From Cenococcum geophilum (taxonomy: Eukaryota): 64,000 nucleotides of DNA. The translations under genes were made by a program, and so were the position numbers. Under the pieces are notes generated by a model. That model was not told where the DNA came from. It saw nothing but the letters and a program-made list of their open reading frames with translations, and ran no database searches. The stretch is taken from contig CP158635.1 of assembly GCA_050273025.1 (NCBI GenBank), positions 32,798,001 through 32,862,000 on the forward strand. The letters are read 5' to 3'. Below are positions 26,779-39,997 of the stretch, piece after piece (the first letter of the stretch is position 1; every line of letters begins with the position of its first letter).

Positions 26779-29700
26779 CTGCCTTAATTATAAAAGTCTA
26801 AATATGAAAACAATGGAGACCTTTTCGGCCTTCTAGACCCACTTCTTATACCTAGCTAGATAAGCCTAGATTCCCCAAAAAGACCTACTACTAAACCTCT
26901 TTAATAAGCTTACCCTAGACCTATAGCAGGCCGTACTACTAGCTTTTACTACTATATAGACGTTAAAAGAACTTACGGACTATTGCCTGGCTATTAACTA
27001 AGGCCTCTATTAAATTAAGGCATAAGCTAACTAGATAAAGGCTAGGAATCCCTTAAATTAAGCTATAAGCAATATAAGAACAACCTATAATACCCTAGTA
27101 TAACCTATAACGCCTACTACACCGGCCGCCAACCTAGTAATTAGCTATATAGCTAGCCCTACCGCGGGCTAAGCGTTTACTTAGCCTACCTACAGCGACC
27201 CCCATATATAGGCCCTTAGCGATTAAAGGGCTTACTTCTCGTGCAGTTAAAAAGGCTGCCCTATAAGGAACTACCTAATAAAGGTAAAAGTAAACAAGGT
27301 CCTATTAATTTAGAAGGATAGTATAGAGTTAGAAAAAGAAGAACCCTAGAGGAAGACTCCTCTCTAAAGTTAAAAGGGATTGATGTATTATATATTAATC
27401 TAGGTTGGCTAGTTAGTAGAAAAAGCTGCACTATCCCTTATACTTTATTTTGCAATAGATACCAAGTTTTAACCTCTACCTTAGCTAACTTAGGAGTAAA
27501 TGCCTTTACCTTAATTAATATAAAGTGCGCTATAAAACTAGCTAACTTTTTAAATATACCTTTAGAAGAACTACCTAAGCCAATTTTAATTCGTGGGTAT
27601 AACGGATGGGTAGGACCTCTTATTATAACAGTCTTACAGATCTATTTCCACGTAGACGGACGAAGGCAGTATAACATCCCCTTTCTTATTATAGACCTTA
27701 GGAGCTATAATATAATTTTAGGGAGGAAATAGCTAGCCTATTTAGGCTTACAGCTTAACGTATAAAGTAGACGGCTTATTTAGCCTAAAACCCTACCCCT
27801 AACCCCTTCTTTTATAAAAGAAGTTAGCATTATAATAGAGAACCTTATATAACCCTAGATTAATACTATCTATTAGGCCGATACTATATATAGAGACTAG
27901 GCCTTTAAGAAGGATATATAGCTTAACTCGCAACGGGTCCATATACTACGCCGCCCTTAAACTTATATTACGCTACCCATACTAAAGATCTAGAAAGTTA
28001 GTAATAACCTACCCAAGTTCCTAATAAAGAACTTAGGCCCTACGTAGCTATAAAGGAAGGCTAGAAATACTAGACGCTATACTAAACTAATAGACCGGAA
28101 GGATAACTTATAGAAAATAAAACGTAAGCTAAGGAAGATTATAAACCCTATACTGCAAAATACGGCCTAATAAAAGTCCGTAAAGAAACCTATGGACCTC
28201 CTACTAGTTAACATCTGCTGTATTAGCGCCGTAGGATTTTGCTAGAACTTGGTCCAACCTAATACTGTTGCCTTTACCACTAGCTTATACGAAATTAATT
28301 AAATAATTAAGGAAAAGGAAGGTAAGCTTAGCGGATAGGAAAGTAAGCTTATAGACGAGGAGCTAGTAGAATAGAAACTACCCTATTAGTACCAAAAGTT
28401 TAAGGATATATTCTCTAAGGCAGCATCTAATATACTTTTACCCTACTAACTATATAACTATAAGATTGAGATTAAGCTAGACAAGGAAAACATCCTTAGC
28501 TATACCCCCCTTTATAAACAGTCTATTGCCGAATTATAGGCCACTAAATAGTACCTTGTTAATAACCTAGTAAAGGGGTTTATTAAGCCTAGCTAGGCCC
28601 CCTTTACCTCCCCTATTCTCTTTACTAAAAAGCTAAATAAAGGACTTTGTTTCTATATTAACTACTATAAGCTTAATAATATAACCCGTAAAGACCATTA
28701 TCCGCTACCCCTACTTAATAAGACACTGGCCTAAATAAATAGAGCTAAGATATTTACAAAGCTTAATATCTGTTAGGCTTTCCACCGAATTAGAATAGAC
28801 CCTAGATTTATAGATGTTACTACCTTTTGGACTTAATACGGGTCGTATAAGTATAAAGTACTTCCTTTTAAACTAACTAATAGACTAGCGATATACCAAC
28901 GATATATAAATAATGTTTTCTTTAACTACCTTAACGACTTCTATACGGCTTACCTGGATAATATTATAATTTACTCTAAAAATAAACTAGAATATAAGGA
29001 GCACATCTATAAGGTCCTATAACGGCTTTATAAGGCTGGTCTCTAGGCTAATATTAAGAAGTTAGAATTTAGCGTAAAGCGTATAAAATACTTAAGGTTT
29101 ATTATTAGTATAAACGGAATTAAGGCAGACTTAAAAAAGACGGCTATAATTAATTAATGGGAACTACTACGGACCGTAAAAGGGATATAGTTATTCTTAG
29201 GCTTCTATAACTTCTACTAACGCTTTATTAAAAACTATAGTAGGATTACTTAGCCCTTTAGCCGCCTTACTATAAAGGACTGGCCCTTCTACTTTGACAC
29301 TATATATAGGCAGGCTTTTGATAAACTTAAGAAACGGCTAGTCTCCGCTCCTTTACTCGCCTACTTTAACCTAAAACGGCCCTTAATGCTAGAAACGGAT
29401 GCCTTAGATAGTGTTATTACTAGCGTTTATTCCTAGAAGCAAATAGATAGAGAATAGCACCTTATTGTTTACTACTTAAAGACTATAGTAGACGCTAAGC
29501 TAAACTACCCAATCCATAATAAAGAAATATTAGCTATTATCTTTAGCTTTTAGCACTGGCGAGCATAGCTAGAAGGGACCCCTAAACCTATTTAAGTAGT
29601 TTTAGATTATAAGGCCTTAGAATATTTTATAATAATAAAAGCCCTTACGGCCTAGCAGGTACGCTAGGCGGACGTCCTATCCTAGTTTAACTTCCTAATT

Positions 29701-32693
29701 ATATATAGGCTAGGCGCCACTAACCGTACGGACGCTCTTATAAGACGTAAACAGGATCTAAATAACTAGATAGCTATAAAGATCTTATTATAGACCTAGA
29801 CGCTACTATAACTAGAGCACCTTAACCCTTAGATACGGGAAGAACTAGGTACTAAATCTTTAAGCGCTAAGATATGTCCTATTAACCCTATGGAATTCGA
29901 CTTTATTAATAAACCACTGTAAGTAAACCGTACGGACCCTTTTCTATAGGAGTACCGCAAAAAGGCAAAGGATATTACCAGCTTATAGTCCCTTAAAAAT
30001 AGACTACTTAAGCACTAGGAACGGCTAGTAGTAGTAAAAGAACAGAACTTATAAACCCGTCTTATTACTAAAGCATATACCTAGGTCTCTACGGCCCACC
30101 CTAGAAAAAATAAGACCTATAAGATTATTAATAACCGTTACTACTAGCCCAGAATAATTATAGATATTAACCGTTATATACGGAACTGTAACAACTGCTA
30201 TAGGTCTACAATTCCACGAGATAAGACTCTAGGACTATTAAAGCCACTCTTAATACCAGAGCGCCCCTAGCAGTATATTTTTATAGACTTCTATAAACTA
30301 CCAGTGGACTATAACGGGTACGATATAGTTATAATCTTAGTTAATCGTTTTGGCAAATACCCCTTCTTAATCCCCTATCACAAGAATATTAATGCTAAAG
30401 AGGCGGCCTAACTATATATCTATTACATCTACTAAATTTACGGACTATTAGATACTATTATATCGGACCACGGACTGTAGTTTATATTGGCTTTCTAAAA
30501 CGAGTTTACTTAGATTTTAGGAATTAGGCTAAAGCTTTCTACGGCGTACTACCCCCAGATAGATGGTTAGATGGAGATTATAAATTAATACTTAAACTAG
30601 AGACTCCGGCCCTTTATTAACTACTTCTAAGATAACTAGGGCAAACTGCTACCTCTAATAGACTACGCCCAGGCGACCTTACCCTATAACTTTATAAGAT
30701 TTGCACCTATCTAACTAAAAATGGGGTATCTACCCTAAATAAGCTTTAACTAGGATATGCTAAAAGGACCACGGACCGTATATAAGAAACTGTCTTATAA
30801 GGAAGCCTAGCAGTATACCAAGCGCTTAGAGGAAGCTTAGATAGTAGCTCGTACAAATCTAAAAAAGGCCTAAAAATTAATAAAATAGTAGGTAAATAAG
30901 TATAGGCGCGAGCCTAACTTTACCGTAAATAATATAGTCTAGGTTATAATAAAGAACTAGAAGATAAAATGGCCTAGTTATAAGCTCGATTATTAGATAG
31001 TAGGACTATATAAGGTCCTTAAGAAAATAGGCAACTTATATAAAGTAGAACTCCTAGATTTAATTAAGGTTTACCCTATTTTCTCGCTAGATAAGCTACA
31101 AAAGGCTATAAATAACCTATTACCTAGATAAAAGAACGAATCCCCCCTACTGATTTAAGTTAGTGGCGACAATAAATAGGAAATTAAAGAGATACTAGCC
31201 TATAAGCTAGTAAGGAAAACGCTAAAGTACCGCGTTAATTGGAAAGGCTATAACCTAGATCCTACCTAGTACCCTATATAGAACTTTATTAGTAGTCCCT
31301 ATAAGCTTTAAGAATTCTATAGCCATTACCCTAATAAACCGAGACCGCTAAGGTACCTAGATAAATGGATAGAATACTAGTATAATAAAGATAATAAGCT
31401 ACTAGAAGAATATAAAGATAAGAACGCCCTATGGGTATAATATGGATATACAAAGCCTAAGGGCAGGCTTTTGTGGAGGGGGGGGTAATGTTACGGCACT
31501 AGTAGAAAGCGGTAGCTATGGTAGACGTTATAGTAGACGCAGGGCTTACGTAACTCTTATGCAAGACGACTAAGATTCTTAAGACGAGATAAGGCAAGCT
31601 TAAGGACCTATAATGGACGATAACCGATAGAGCAGAGCAACGGCTTAGTTTAGTAATATATAAATAAGCTTAGGACGAAGTTTCCTAAAGACATAAGACT
31701 CTTAAGACGAGATGAGTGAGATTTAAGACTCTTAAGGCGAGATAAGAACACTAGTAAAGCCTAGTTGGACTAAGGCTAGAGCTAAGCTTAAGACAGAAGT
31801 AAGCTTAGGATTAAGAATCCTATAGAACTAAGACTTTAAGACATAAATAAGAACTATTAATAAGATTAGAGAATCTATAGTATAAATAGTAACTAGATTA
31901 GAAGACAGATATATAAACCTAGAGGACTTATTAAGGGAATAAAGTATTCGGCCTGAAGATCGGAAAGTTAATACTAAGATTAAGAAGTAGGAAAACTTTA
32001 AGGATCTATTTATAAGATATAAACCAAAAGAAACTATAGAGGAATTTAGGTAAAAAGTTATTATATAGTAAGAACAGAAACTAGATAAGAGATCTAGTAT
32101 ATTAGGACGTATAAGGGACAGAGTACTAGTATAAAGAATTACTAATAGGCTAAGAGTAGGCATACTAAGAGCTAAGTGGCTTACTAAACTAGAAAATAAA
32201 GAGGATTTAGGGATCCTTACTAGGTTCAAAGAACGACATATAAAGGGCTATTACGACATAGTAATGAGAAGATACTTCCTTATGGATAAGCTGTATATAC
32301 TCTAACAGCTATATTAAAAGTAGTATAGACAACAATATAACGATAAGTGGGAAGATTTCTATATATAGTTAGATAAATGAGTTATCTAGGACTACCCAAT
32401 TATAGAAAAGGCTATAACTTATATTAAAGGAGCCTTAATTATAACGTTAAAAGATCTAGAGGAATAATTAGAGGACTAGAAAAGTAAGAGATATATCTTA
32501 GTACCTGCGAATAAAGCTATAACGTTTAGATTAATACGGTAAAGGTTTAAACTTAAGGATAAAAACGAACTAAGAGTTAACCCAAAGCACCTAGTATACT
32601 ATACACTATTATAGATTATATGCGTAGACAATATATATGAAATGTATAAGAATCCAAAGGAAAAGAATTAGAAATACCCTATAAGGATATATT

Positions 32694-33734
32694 TTTATTA
32701 TTTTATTCATTTATTGCTTAATGTCTAATACGGATCCTATGCGGCCCACGCAGACTACTCCGTATACAGGGGAAACTTATAGATTTACAGGAAGAAAACC
32801 CCTGATATATTGGGGGAGGAAAAACCCTATAAGCTACCTCAGTAGGATAAAAAAACTCCGAATTGCCATGCCTGCACGTAGCAGCGGCCCTATGGGCCTA
32901 CAGCTACGTCCTCCTCCTTAGATGTTTTGAACTCCTTAGGAACCACTACTTCCTTCTCTAGCTTATCCAGAGCTAGGGTTCACTACGTCCCAGCTAGGCC
33001 TTGCTAATTAATTGCCGTATACCTATAGTTGTGTCCCATATCTTAACCACCCCCTATATACTATCTCTTATTAACCATTACCATATACGCCTTGCCTCCC
33101 CCCCCCCCCCTAAGGCCTATTAAAGGCGTAAGGGGGATTCATCCGTTCTACTATCCTAATACTAAAAGACGAAAGCGGGATGTGTATGTGTGTGTATCTA
33201 AGTATCTTTTGTGCCTAGGCCCCAGTCACTAGGCCCTCTCTAAGGGCACCACTCCGTTAAGAGGAGACAAGGAAAACCGTACGGGGTTATCCGGCTGCCG
33301 GTTTTAGTAGTATTACGGTAGTACGGCAAGTAACTACATACTCTGCGGGCGATCGTCCTAGGGGTTAGGAGGGGCCGTATATTTACTCATTTCGCTCGCG
33401 CTCGCCCGTTTATTAATGTAAGGTCATCAATGCTTTCCATCGGGGTTTTAAGGGATATTATCGAAAACTGCGTATCTATGTTGGATCGTACAGGTGCCTT
33501 AATAGGAGGATAGTGTAGTAGCCGCTATCGTACGGGGTACCAACGGTGGTGGTTTTCGAGATCTCACCATCCCATATGAAAACCTTTCACCACCGCCCAC
33601 AATACTCGCAACCACCACCACCATGTCGTATCGCACGCTGTGCGACGTCTCTGCGTTGGCTCTGAGTCTGAACTTCGAAGACCTAGGTTCGTAGCCGTCA
33701 CCACGTATAGGTGCAGAGTCCGTTTTCGACGGCT
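32694..33734 (-). mobile_element. Non-autonomous non-LTR retroposon (SINE/SIDE-like), copy 2, inserted in gag of B2
   Basis: 13-15 bp TSD (ct)ataaggatatatt (32679/81-32693, 33733/35-33747); A-rich 3' tail aataaatgaataaaataataaa on the minus strand; absent from the equivalent site in B1 (~16735). Confidence 0.9.
33649..33734 (-). ncRNA. HDV-like ribozyme fold (copy 2) at the exact 5' end of the retroposon
   Basis: Minus strand: P1 agccgtc/gacggct (7/7), J1/2 gaaaacgga, P2 ctctgc/gcagag, P3 acc/ggt, L3 tatacgt, P1.1 partner ac, P4 ctaggtc/gactcag, J4/2 gccaac. Confidence 0.8.
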
Positions 33735-36700
33735 ATAAGGATATATTAGGCGCCAGATAAGCAATAGTATAGAAATACTAAGTATATATATAGCTAGCAT
33801 CTAATAGAAGTTTAAGAGTTAGGAGACTTAATACTTTAACCAGAAAGATTCCTTATAGAAGAATACCTAAATAGATAATAGTAGTGGGAATGCCTAGAAA
33901 ACACGTGTCTATAGTATATAGAGGACAAAAAGCAAACTAGATATTAGCTAAAGAGTAAGCTAAGTATATAAGGATTAAGTAGCTAATAGTTAGGAAAAGT
34001 AGAGGCCTATAAAACTAAAGGGAGCTAGTAGTAGAGCCTTAGACCCTTAAAGGAATTTAAGGATAATACCTAAATTTACGAGTAAAATAGTAAGTTTAAT
34101 AGTTTAAAGCGCTAATAGATAGTAAAATAACGCGAAACTATATTTTACTAGTAGTAGTTAAAAAAAATAGGATTACCTTACAGATAGAAGGAGTAACTTT
34201 ATCTATTAGTTACGATTTTAGGAGATCTAATAGCCTATAGAGGAGGGATTATTAACCTTAAAATAGGATCTATTTAGATAACCATTAAAGGAAGACAGAT
34301 TAAGATGTCTTTTAATATCCTACTATTAGGATAGGATAAGGCAGTATTAGGTATGCCTTAGTTATAGGAATATAATCCGAAAATTGATTAGATTATAGGT
34401 TAGGTTAATATTAAAAATACTTAACGCTATAAGATGCGATAATAAACTAAGTTAGTATAGTACTAAGTTGGAGCAATATATAAGGAGACTGAGCGAGGCT
34501 TAAGTTACGTATTAAAGAGATACTATAAGTATGGCAAAAAGCTATAGTTACTAGAAAGTAAGAAGCTATTAGAGTATATAGTATAGGACTATAAGATAGA
34601 ATTAAAACTAGAAATAAGTCTAAGGTTTTTTCTAATCTATAAGCTTACTAAAGAAGAAGGGAGAGTACTTAAAGAGTTTGTCTAAGAAAACCTACGAAAG
34701 GGATATATTAGACTATCGCAGTTATTAGTAGGTTATTTAGTACTATTTATATTAAAGAAGAATAGAAAACTAAGACTATGCATTAACTATAGACAGTTAA
34801 ATAGCATTACTTAAAAGGATAGGTATTCTTTACCCTTAATTAGCGAAATCTAGGATAGGATAGGTAATATATAAATCTTTATAAAGATAGATCTAAGATA
34901 GTTATATTATTAGATTAGGATTAAGGAAGGCAATAAATAAAAGGCAGCCTTTAGGTTAAAGGAAGGACTATATAAACTATTAGTTATATAATTCGGGCTT
35001 ATAAATATATTAGTAATATTCTAAAAGCGTATTAATAATATATTAGGAGAATACTTGGATAAATTTGTTATGGTATACCTTAATAATATTATTATCTACT
35101 TAATAACTAAGGAAGAATATAGGGAATACGTTAAATAAGTCTTAAGGAGACTATAAGAAGAATAGATACTAGTAGTAATTAAGAAATGCAAGTTCTTTAT
35201 ACAGAAGACTAATTTTGTTAGATTTATTATTAAACTAGGCCAACTTAGTATAGATCTAAAGAAGATTAAGGCTATAGTAAATTAGTAAGAACTAGAGAAC
35301 GTTATATAGTTAAGATTATTTCTAGGGTTTTACAATTACTATAGGAGGTTTATAGTATAATAGTTAAAGAATATTAAACCACTTACGCGATTAATAAAGA
35401 AAGAAGAACTATAGGTATAGGGAAAGGAATAGTAAGAGTTATTTAATAAAATTAAGGAATTGTTTACCTAGGAGCCAGTTTTTAAAATCTATTAACTAGG
35501 TCTAGAGACGGTTATAAAAATAGATATATTAGACTTTATACTAGGGGTATACTTTATATAAAAATATTAAGATAAATAGCACCTAGTGGCATACTATAGT
35601 TGGAAGATAATACTACTAGAGTTAAACTATAACATCTATAATAAGGAGTTATTAGGTATAGTTATAGTACTAAAGAAATAAAGAGCATTTTTATAAGGTA
35701 TAGAGAAACTATTTATAGTTAAAATAAATTATAAGAACCTAATAGGATTCCTAATAATAAAGAAACTTAACTAAAGATAGGTTAGATGGGCAGAGATGCT
35801 TATAGAATACTATTTTAAGATTTAGTATACTAAAGGTATAGATAATACACAAGCGGATACTCTAAGTTAAAAAGCTATTAGGGGCTTTACTGCAAAAAGA
35901 CATAGATGGACTGATTAGGTATAATTATCTAAAAATGATAGTAACTTAAGAAGAGGAAAAACTAGGAAAAGTTTATAAGATACTAGGGAGCTTTTAGGCA
36001 TAAAGAATTCTAAAAATATAGCTAAAAAATCTATAGACGGATATGTACGAAAATTAAGAAGTAAAGTATATCCTAAGAAGCATAGCAGAGTATTTTATAG
36101 AAGATTTTTATAAGGGAATAACTTAAGGGCATAATGGAGCCACGGGCTTAGTGTTAAGACTTTAGAAAGAGTATATTATTAATAGAATCTAAAATATCGC
36201 GAGAAAAGTTACTAAAGAGTGTCTAGATTACTAAAGGAATAAATTAATAAGGTATAAGCTATATAGAGGGCTATAACCTATTAAAATACTAAAGAGACTA
36301 TAGGAGGTTATATTATAGGACTTTATTATTAAGTTGCTAAAGTTAAAAGATTCTATTACCGGATAAGATTATAACGCGATTTTAGTAATAGTAGATAAGC
36401 TTATAAAGTAGGGATACTATATAGCATATATAGAAGAAATCTCAGCAAAAGATGTCGCTAGAATCTATATTAAAGAAGTATTTATAAGATATAGAGCACT
36501 AAGTAAGATTATATTAGATAGAGATTTAAGATTTATAGCAGCATTCTAGGAGGTATTTTTAGCAGAGTAAGGAGTTAGAGTAGTAACTTTTACTATATAT
36601 TACTTATAGACAGACAGTTAAATGGAAAGATTAAATTAGACGCTAAAGTAGTATTTAAGGCATTATATTAATTATACACAGAATAATTAGGTATTATTAT

Positions 36701-37318
36701 TACTAATTATATAGTTTATATATAATATAACACCTTAAGAAGGAATAGGCATATTACTATTTAAGGCAAATTATAGGTACGAGCTAAGAATATCGTTGTT
36801 ATTACGGTAAGTAAAGAAAATAAGTAGTATAGCTAAAGAAAAAATAAAGATGTTAATAAATCTTTATATAGACCTTATGGAATTAGTAAAGAAAGTATAA
36901 AAAAGAATAAAAAGGTACTATAATACTAAGAGATCTAAGGGAGTAGATCTTAAAAAGGGAGATAAAGTATAGCTACTATATAAAAATTTTAAGAGTTAAT
37001 AACTAAGTAAAAAGTTAGACTATGTTAGACTAGGACCTTTTAAAATTATATAAAGGATTTTACTAGTTATATTTAAGTTAAACCTACTAGCTAAAATAAA
37101 GATCTACCCTATATAGCACATTATAATACTAGAGCTAGTATACGGGAATATTAAGCTACTAGTTTACGAAGTAGATATATATAGAGGATAAGAAGAAAAC
37201 AAATAGTAAGTTTTAAAGATGATTAGTTATAAGAACATTAATAATAAAATATAGTATAAAGTAAAGTAAATAGGCTATAATAAAACTACCTAGAAACTAC
37301 TAGAGAATCTAAAAAATG

Positions 37319-37991
37319 CTATAGGAAAGGTATAGAAGTATCGGAAGAGATTAGGTTAGATAGTATTAATAAAGAAGAATTGCTAAAAAATAAGTTACCT
37401 AAGGGGGACCTAAGAAGAGTAGTTGCTAAACTACTTAGATCTATTTCCTTCTCTATTAGAGGAGAATCCGTTTTTTTATTACTAAGTTCCTATAAACCCT
37501 ATTTTATAAGTTTTTACTCTTTAGAATAAACCTTCTTATAAACTTTTTTAAGATAGATTAGCTAAGCAGACGCCGCAAGACAAGACTTAAGGGCCCGTTA
37601 CTAAGTATTAGCAGCTTTTTATTCTACATTATAAGAACGGCGTAACTCCGCTAGAGTAACTAATAGTTTATTATTTAGCCGCGTAGTAGTAGATTAAATA
37701 TAAGACCCTAAGACAAATTAATTAGGGAACTAGACGACTATTAAGAGTAATAGATTACGTATATTTAGTATTAGAGATAGAGTAAACATTATAGGACGAA
37801 TAAATATTTGCTTTAGTACACTTTAAGTAAAAGAATAGTTATTATAAAAATGGATTCGCTAATATAATATAAACTAATTCTTTTTTTAAACAGCGAGAAT
37901 ATGGAGACGGTATAATCTTACTAAAAGATAATATTATAGCAATAGTGCGAGTGCGACGAGCAGTTAAAGAAGAAGAAATTGCTTTAGGTAT
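37319..37991 (-). pseudogene. B2 copy of the antisense Cys-cluster gene
   Basis: Homologous to 20337-21006; intron at the same position (RIPed gtacgt donor, cctaat branch site, ttag acceptor). Confidence 0.72.
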
Positions 37992-38099
37992 AATAAGTAA
38001 CAATATTAACCAAATTAATTAGACAGATATTACACCTCTAGTAAATAACTTAGAGATATTAAAAATCTTTAAGGACGAAGATAAAAAGGAGGGAGATAG

Positions 38100-38523
38100 T
38101 ATTACGGACGCCTTAAGTATAATATTATAACTACTTAGAGAGGAGTTAGAAGAAGCTAGTTAGTTAATTTAAGTATAGTCTAAGATGGAGCTAATAGAGC
38201 TATATAATAAGGAATAGTAACTAAGGTTATATAATATAATCTATATAATCTATAGGATCTATATAATCCGTAATAGAGTAAATAGAGTATATATATATTA
38301 TATATAAGAAGGATTTTATAGAAGTACGGTTATATATTTAAGGACCCTTAGTCCCTACCTAGATAGTTTCTTCTTTATAGTGATTCTTAGAATATAATTA
38401 GAGTTAATCTATTAGGCAACCACTCCACCAGTTATTATTACGTTGTTAACTTTAATTTATATCACCTATATACCTAGCCTATTAATAAGCCTATTATAGT
38501 TCCTGCTATAAGGTTCTGTTATA
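38100..38523 (+). repeat. 3' LTR of B2
   Basis: Homologous to the B1 and B3 LTRs. Confidence 0.93.
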
Positions 38524-39997
38524 ATTTAGGGCTTAATAATTAATATAGAACCTTAAGCCTTCTTTAGGTTTTTTTAATAAATAGTATAGGTAAGGTAAAT
38601 AGTAATTAACTAGGGTAAATAAATCCTTTCTTTAGGTGCTCTTTAAGGTATTATTGCATTATAAGCAGCTTTTTTTACAATATACCGTATAACGGGCCAA
38701 ACTTTAGCGTTATACTAGGTTTAAATTCTATCTTAAAATCGTGCTTATCTTAATATAGGAGTAGTTAGTTTATAAATTGTTTCTTAAACGTATTAATTAG
38801 ATTATAATATTCTTTAGGTATAAGAGGTTGGGGGTTAATATATTACTTTAGTTTTAACGCCTTCTTAATATCTTCTAGTATTATAGTAAAGATCTTATAG
38901 TCTTATTTTCTTACTAATAAATAAAAGGGTGCGGCTTATATTATATAAAATTTAAGGGGTTTTAATATATTGTCTTCGCATTCTTTACTATAATTAGTAG
39001 TTATAACTTTATTATATTAGTTCGGGGTTTATAGTAAGAGTAATTTATATTATATTAAATTTAAATAGTTATATGCATATTTATAGGGTATATAGTATTT
39101 TAAGTAATAACTTCGGCAATAGGTTATACGGAATTTTAGTATTTTCTTAACCTAGCTAATTAAAGGGTTATATCGTTTTAGCTATCTATATTTAAGTATT
39201 ACCTTATAATACTTTAAGGGTATTATAAATAGGGAAATATATTTAAAGTATTTGCCTATCCGCATCTTTATAAGAGCGCAGTGCGTTAGTTTACCATATA
39301 TTAAAGGCTTACTATTAAAGCCTTATAGGCCTTAGAGCTTATTAAGTTTCTTTAAATTTAAGTATTAAGTTTTCGTATAGTTTGTATTAATAAAGCCTAT
39401 ACTAGTAGCTCCGCTATTTATAAGGATTTATACTTCCTTCCATTTTCTAAGTATTTAAATTTCACTAAGTATATTAAGGGAGTTGTATTATATATTAGCG
39501 CTAAAAGAGCCTAGATACTTATACTCTTTTACTTCTTATCCTAAGGCGCAACTTAGCCCTAGGATAATTTGTTTTCTAAATTAACTAAAGGTAAGATACT
39601 TTATAGTAACTAAGTATAGTTTATAAAATAAGTATAATTTAAAGACTAAGAGGAACTATGTTAGGCTATAAAGACGCACTGGCCGTAACCGGCTTAGCGC
39701 AGGCGAGGCGCAGGCGAGGCGCCTATAAAACGTAGTTACCCTACACCAGAGAACAGCAGAATTCAGTTCTATAGTTCTACTTCATTAAGAACCAGATACT
39801 CTTTATATCCCGTTACTGTTGTTATATTACTACATACCCTAAGGACCTTGTCGTCCTAACAGTACTAAATTCTTATCCCTTTTTAGGGATAGTGGCCCGA
39901 CAACACAGCGGTCTATAAAGGCCACAACTATATAGCGGCAACCCTCTGTTAAGAAGACGACCTGTATTTATTAACTATATCGCAGCCTATTAACCTA

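Larger units (their letters stand above)
24665..31563 (+). mobile_element. Ty3/Gypsy chromovirus D; 5' LTR complete, 3' LTR truncated after ~75 bp
   Basis: 5' LTR 24665-24890. PPT ggaggggggggtaa, then the 3' LTR starts tgttacggcact at 31489 and matches until ~31563. gag ~25080-27350; pol ~27350-31440 with LADSGA, YLDDII (~28950), TAYHPQTDG and a chromodomain. Confidence 0.92.
31564..38523 (+). mobile_element. Gypsy B2 (B family), 5'-truncated in gag; pol, antisense gene and 3' LTR present
   Basis: Collinear with B1 from ~15593 onward; 3' LTR 38100-38523 after PPT aaggagggagatag. Confidence 0.93.

Noticed and set aside
31828..32229. Longest ORF in the track (133 aa, minus strand)
   Set aside because: Antisense shadow of RIPed B2 gag; the Leu/Ile/Ser bias is a RIP artefact.
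33564..33800. 78-aa ORF with WWWW
   Set aside because: Crosses the retroposon/gag junction and overlaps the ribozyme fold and a tggtggtgg hairpin arm; chance ORF.
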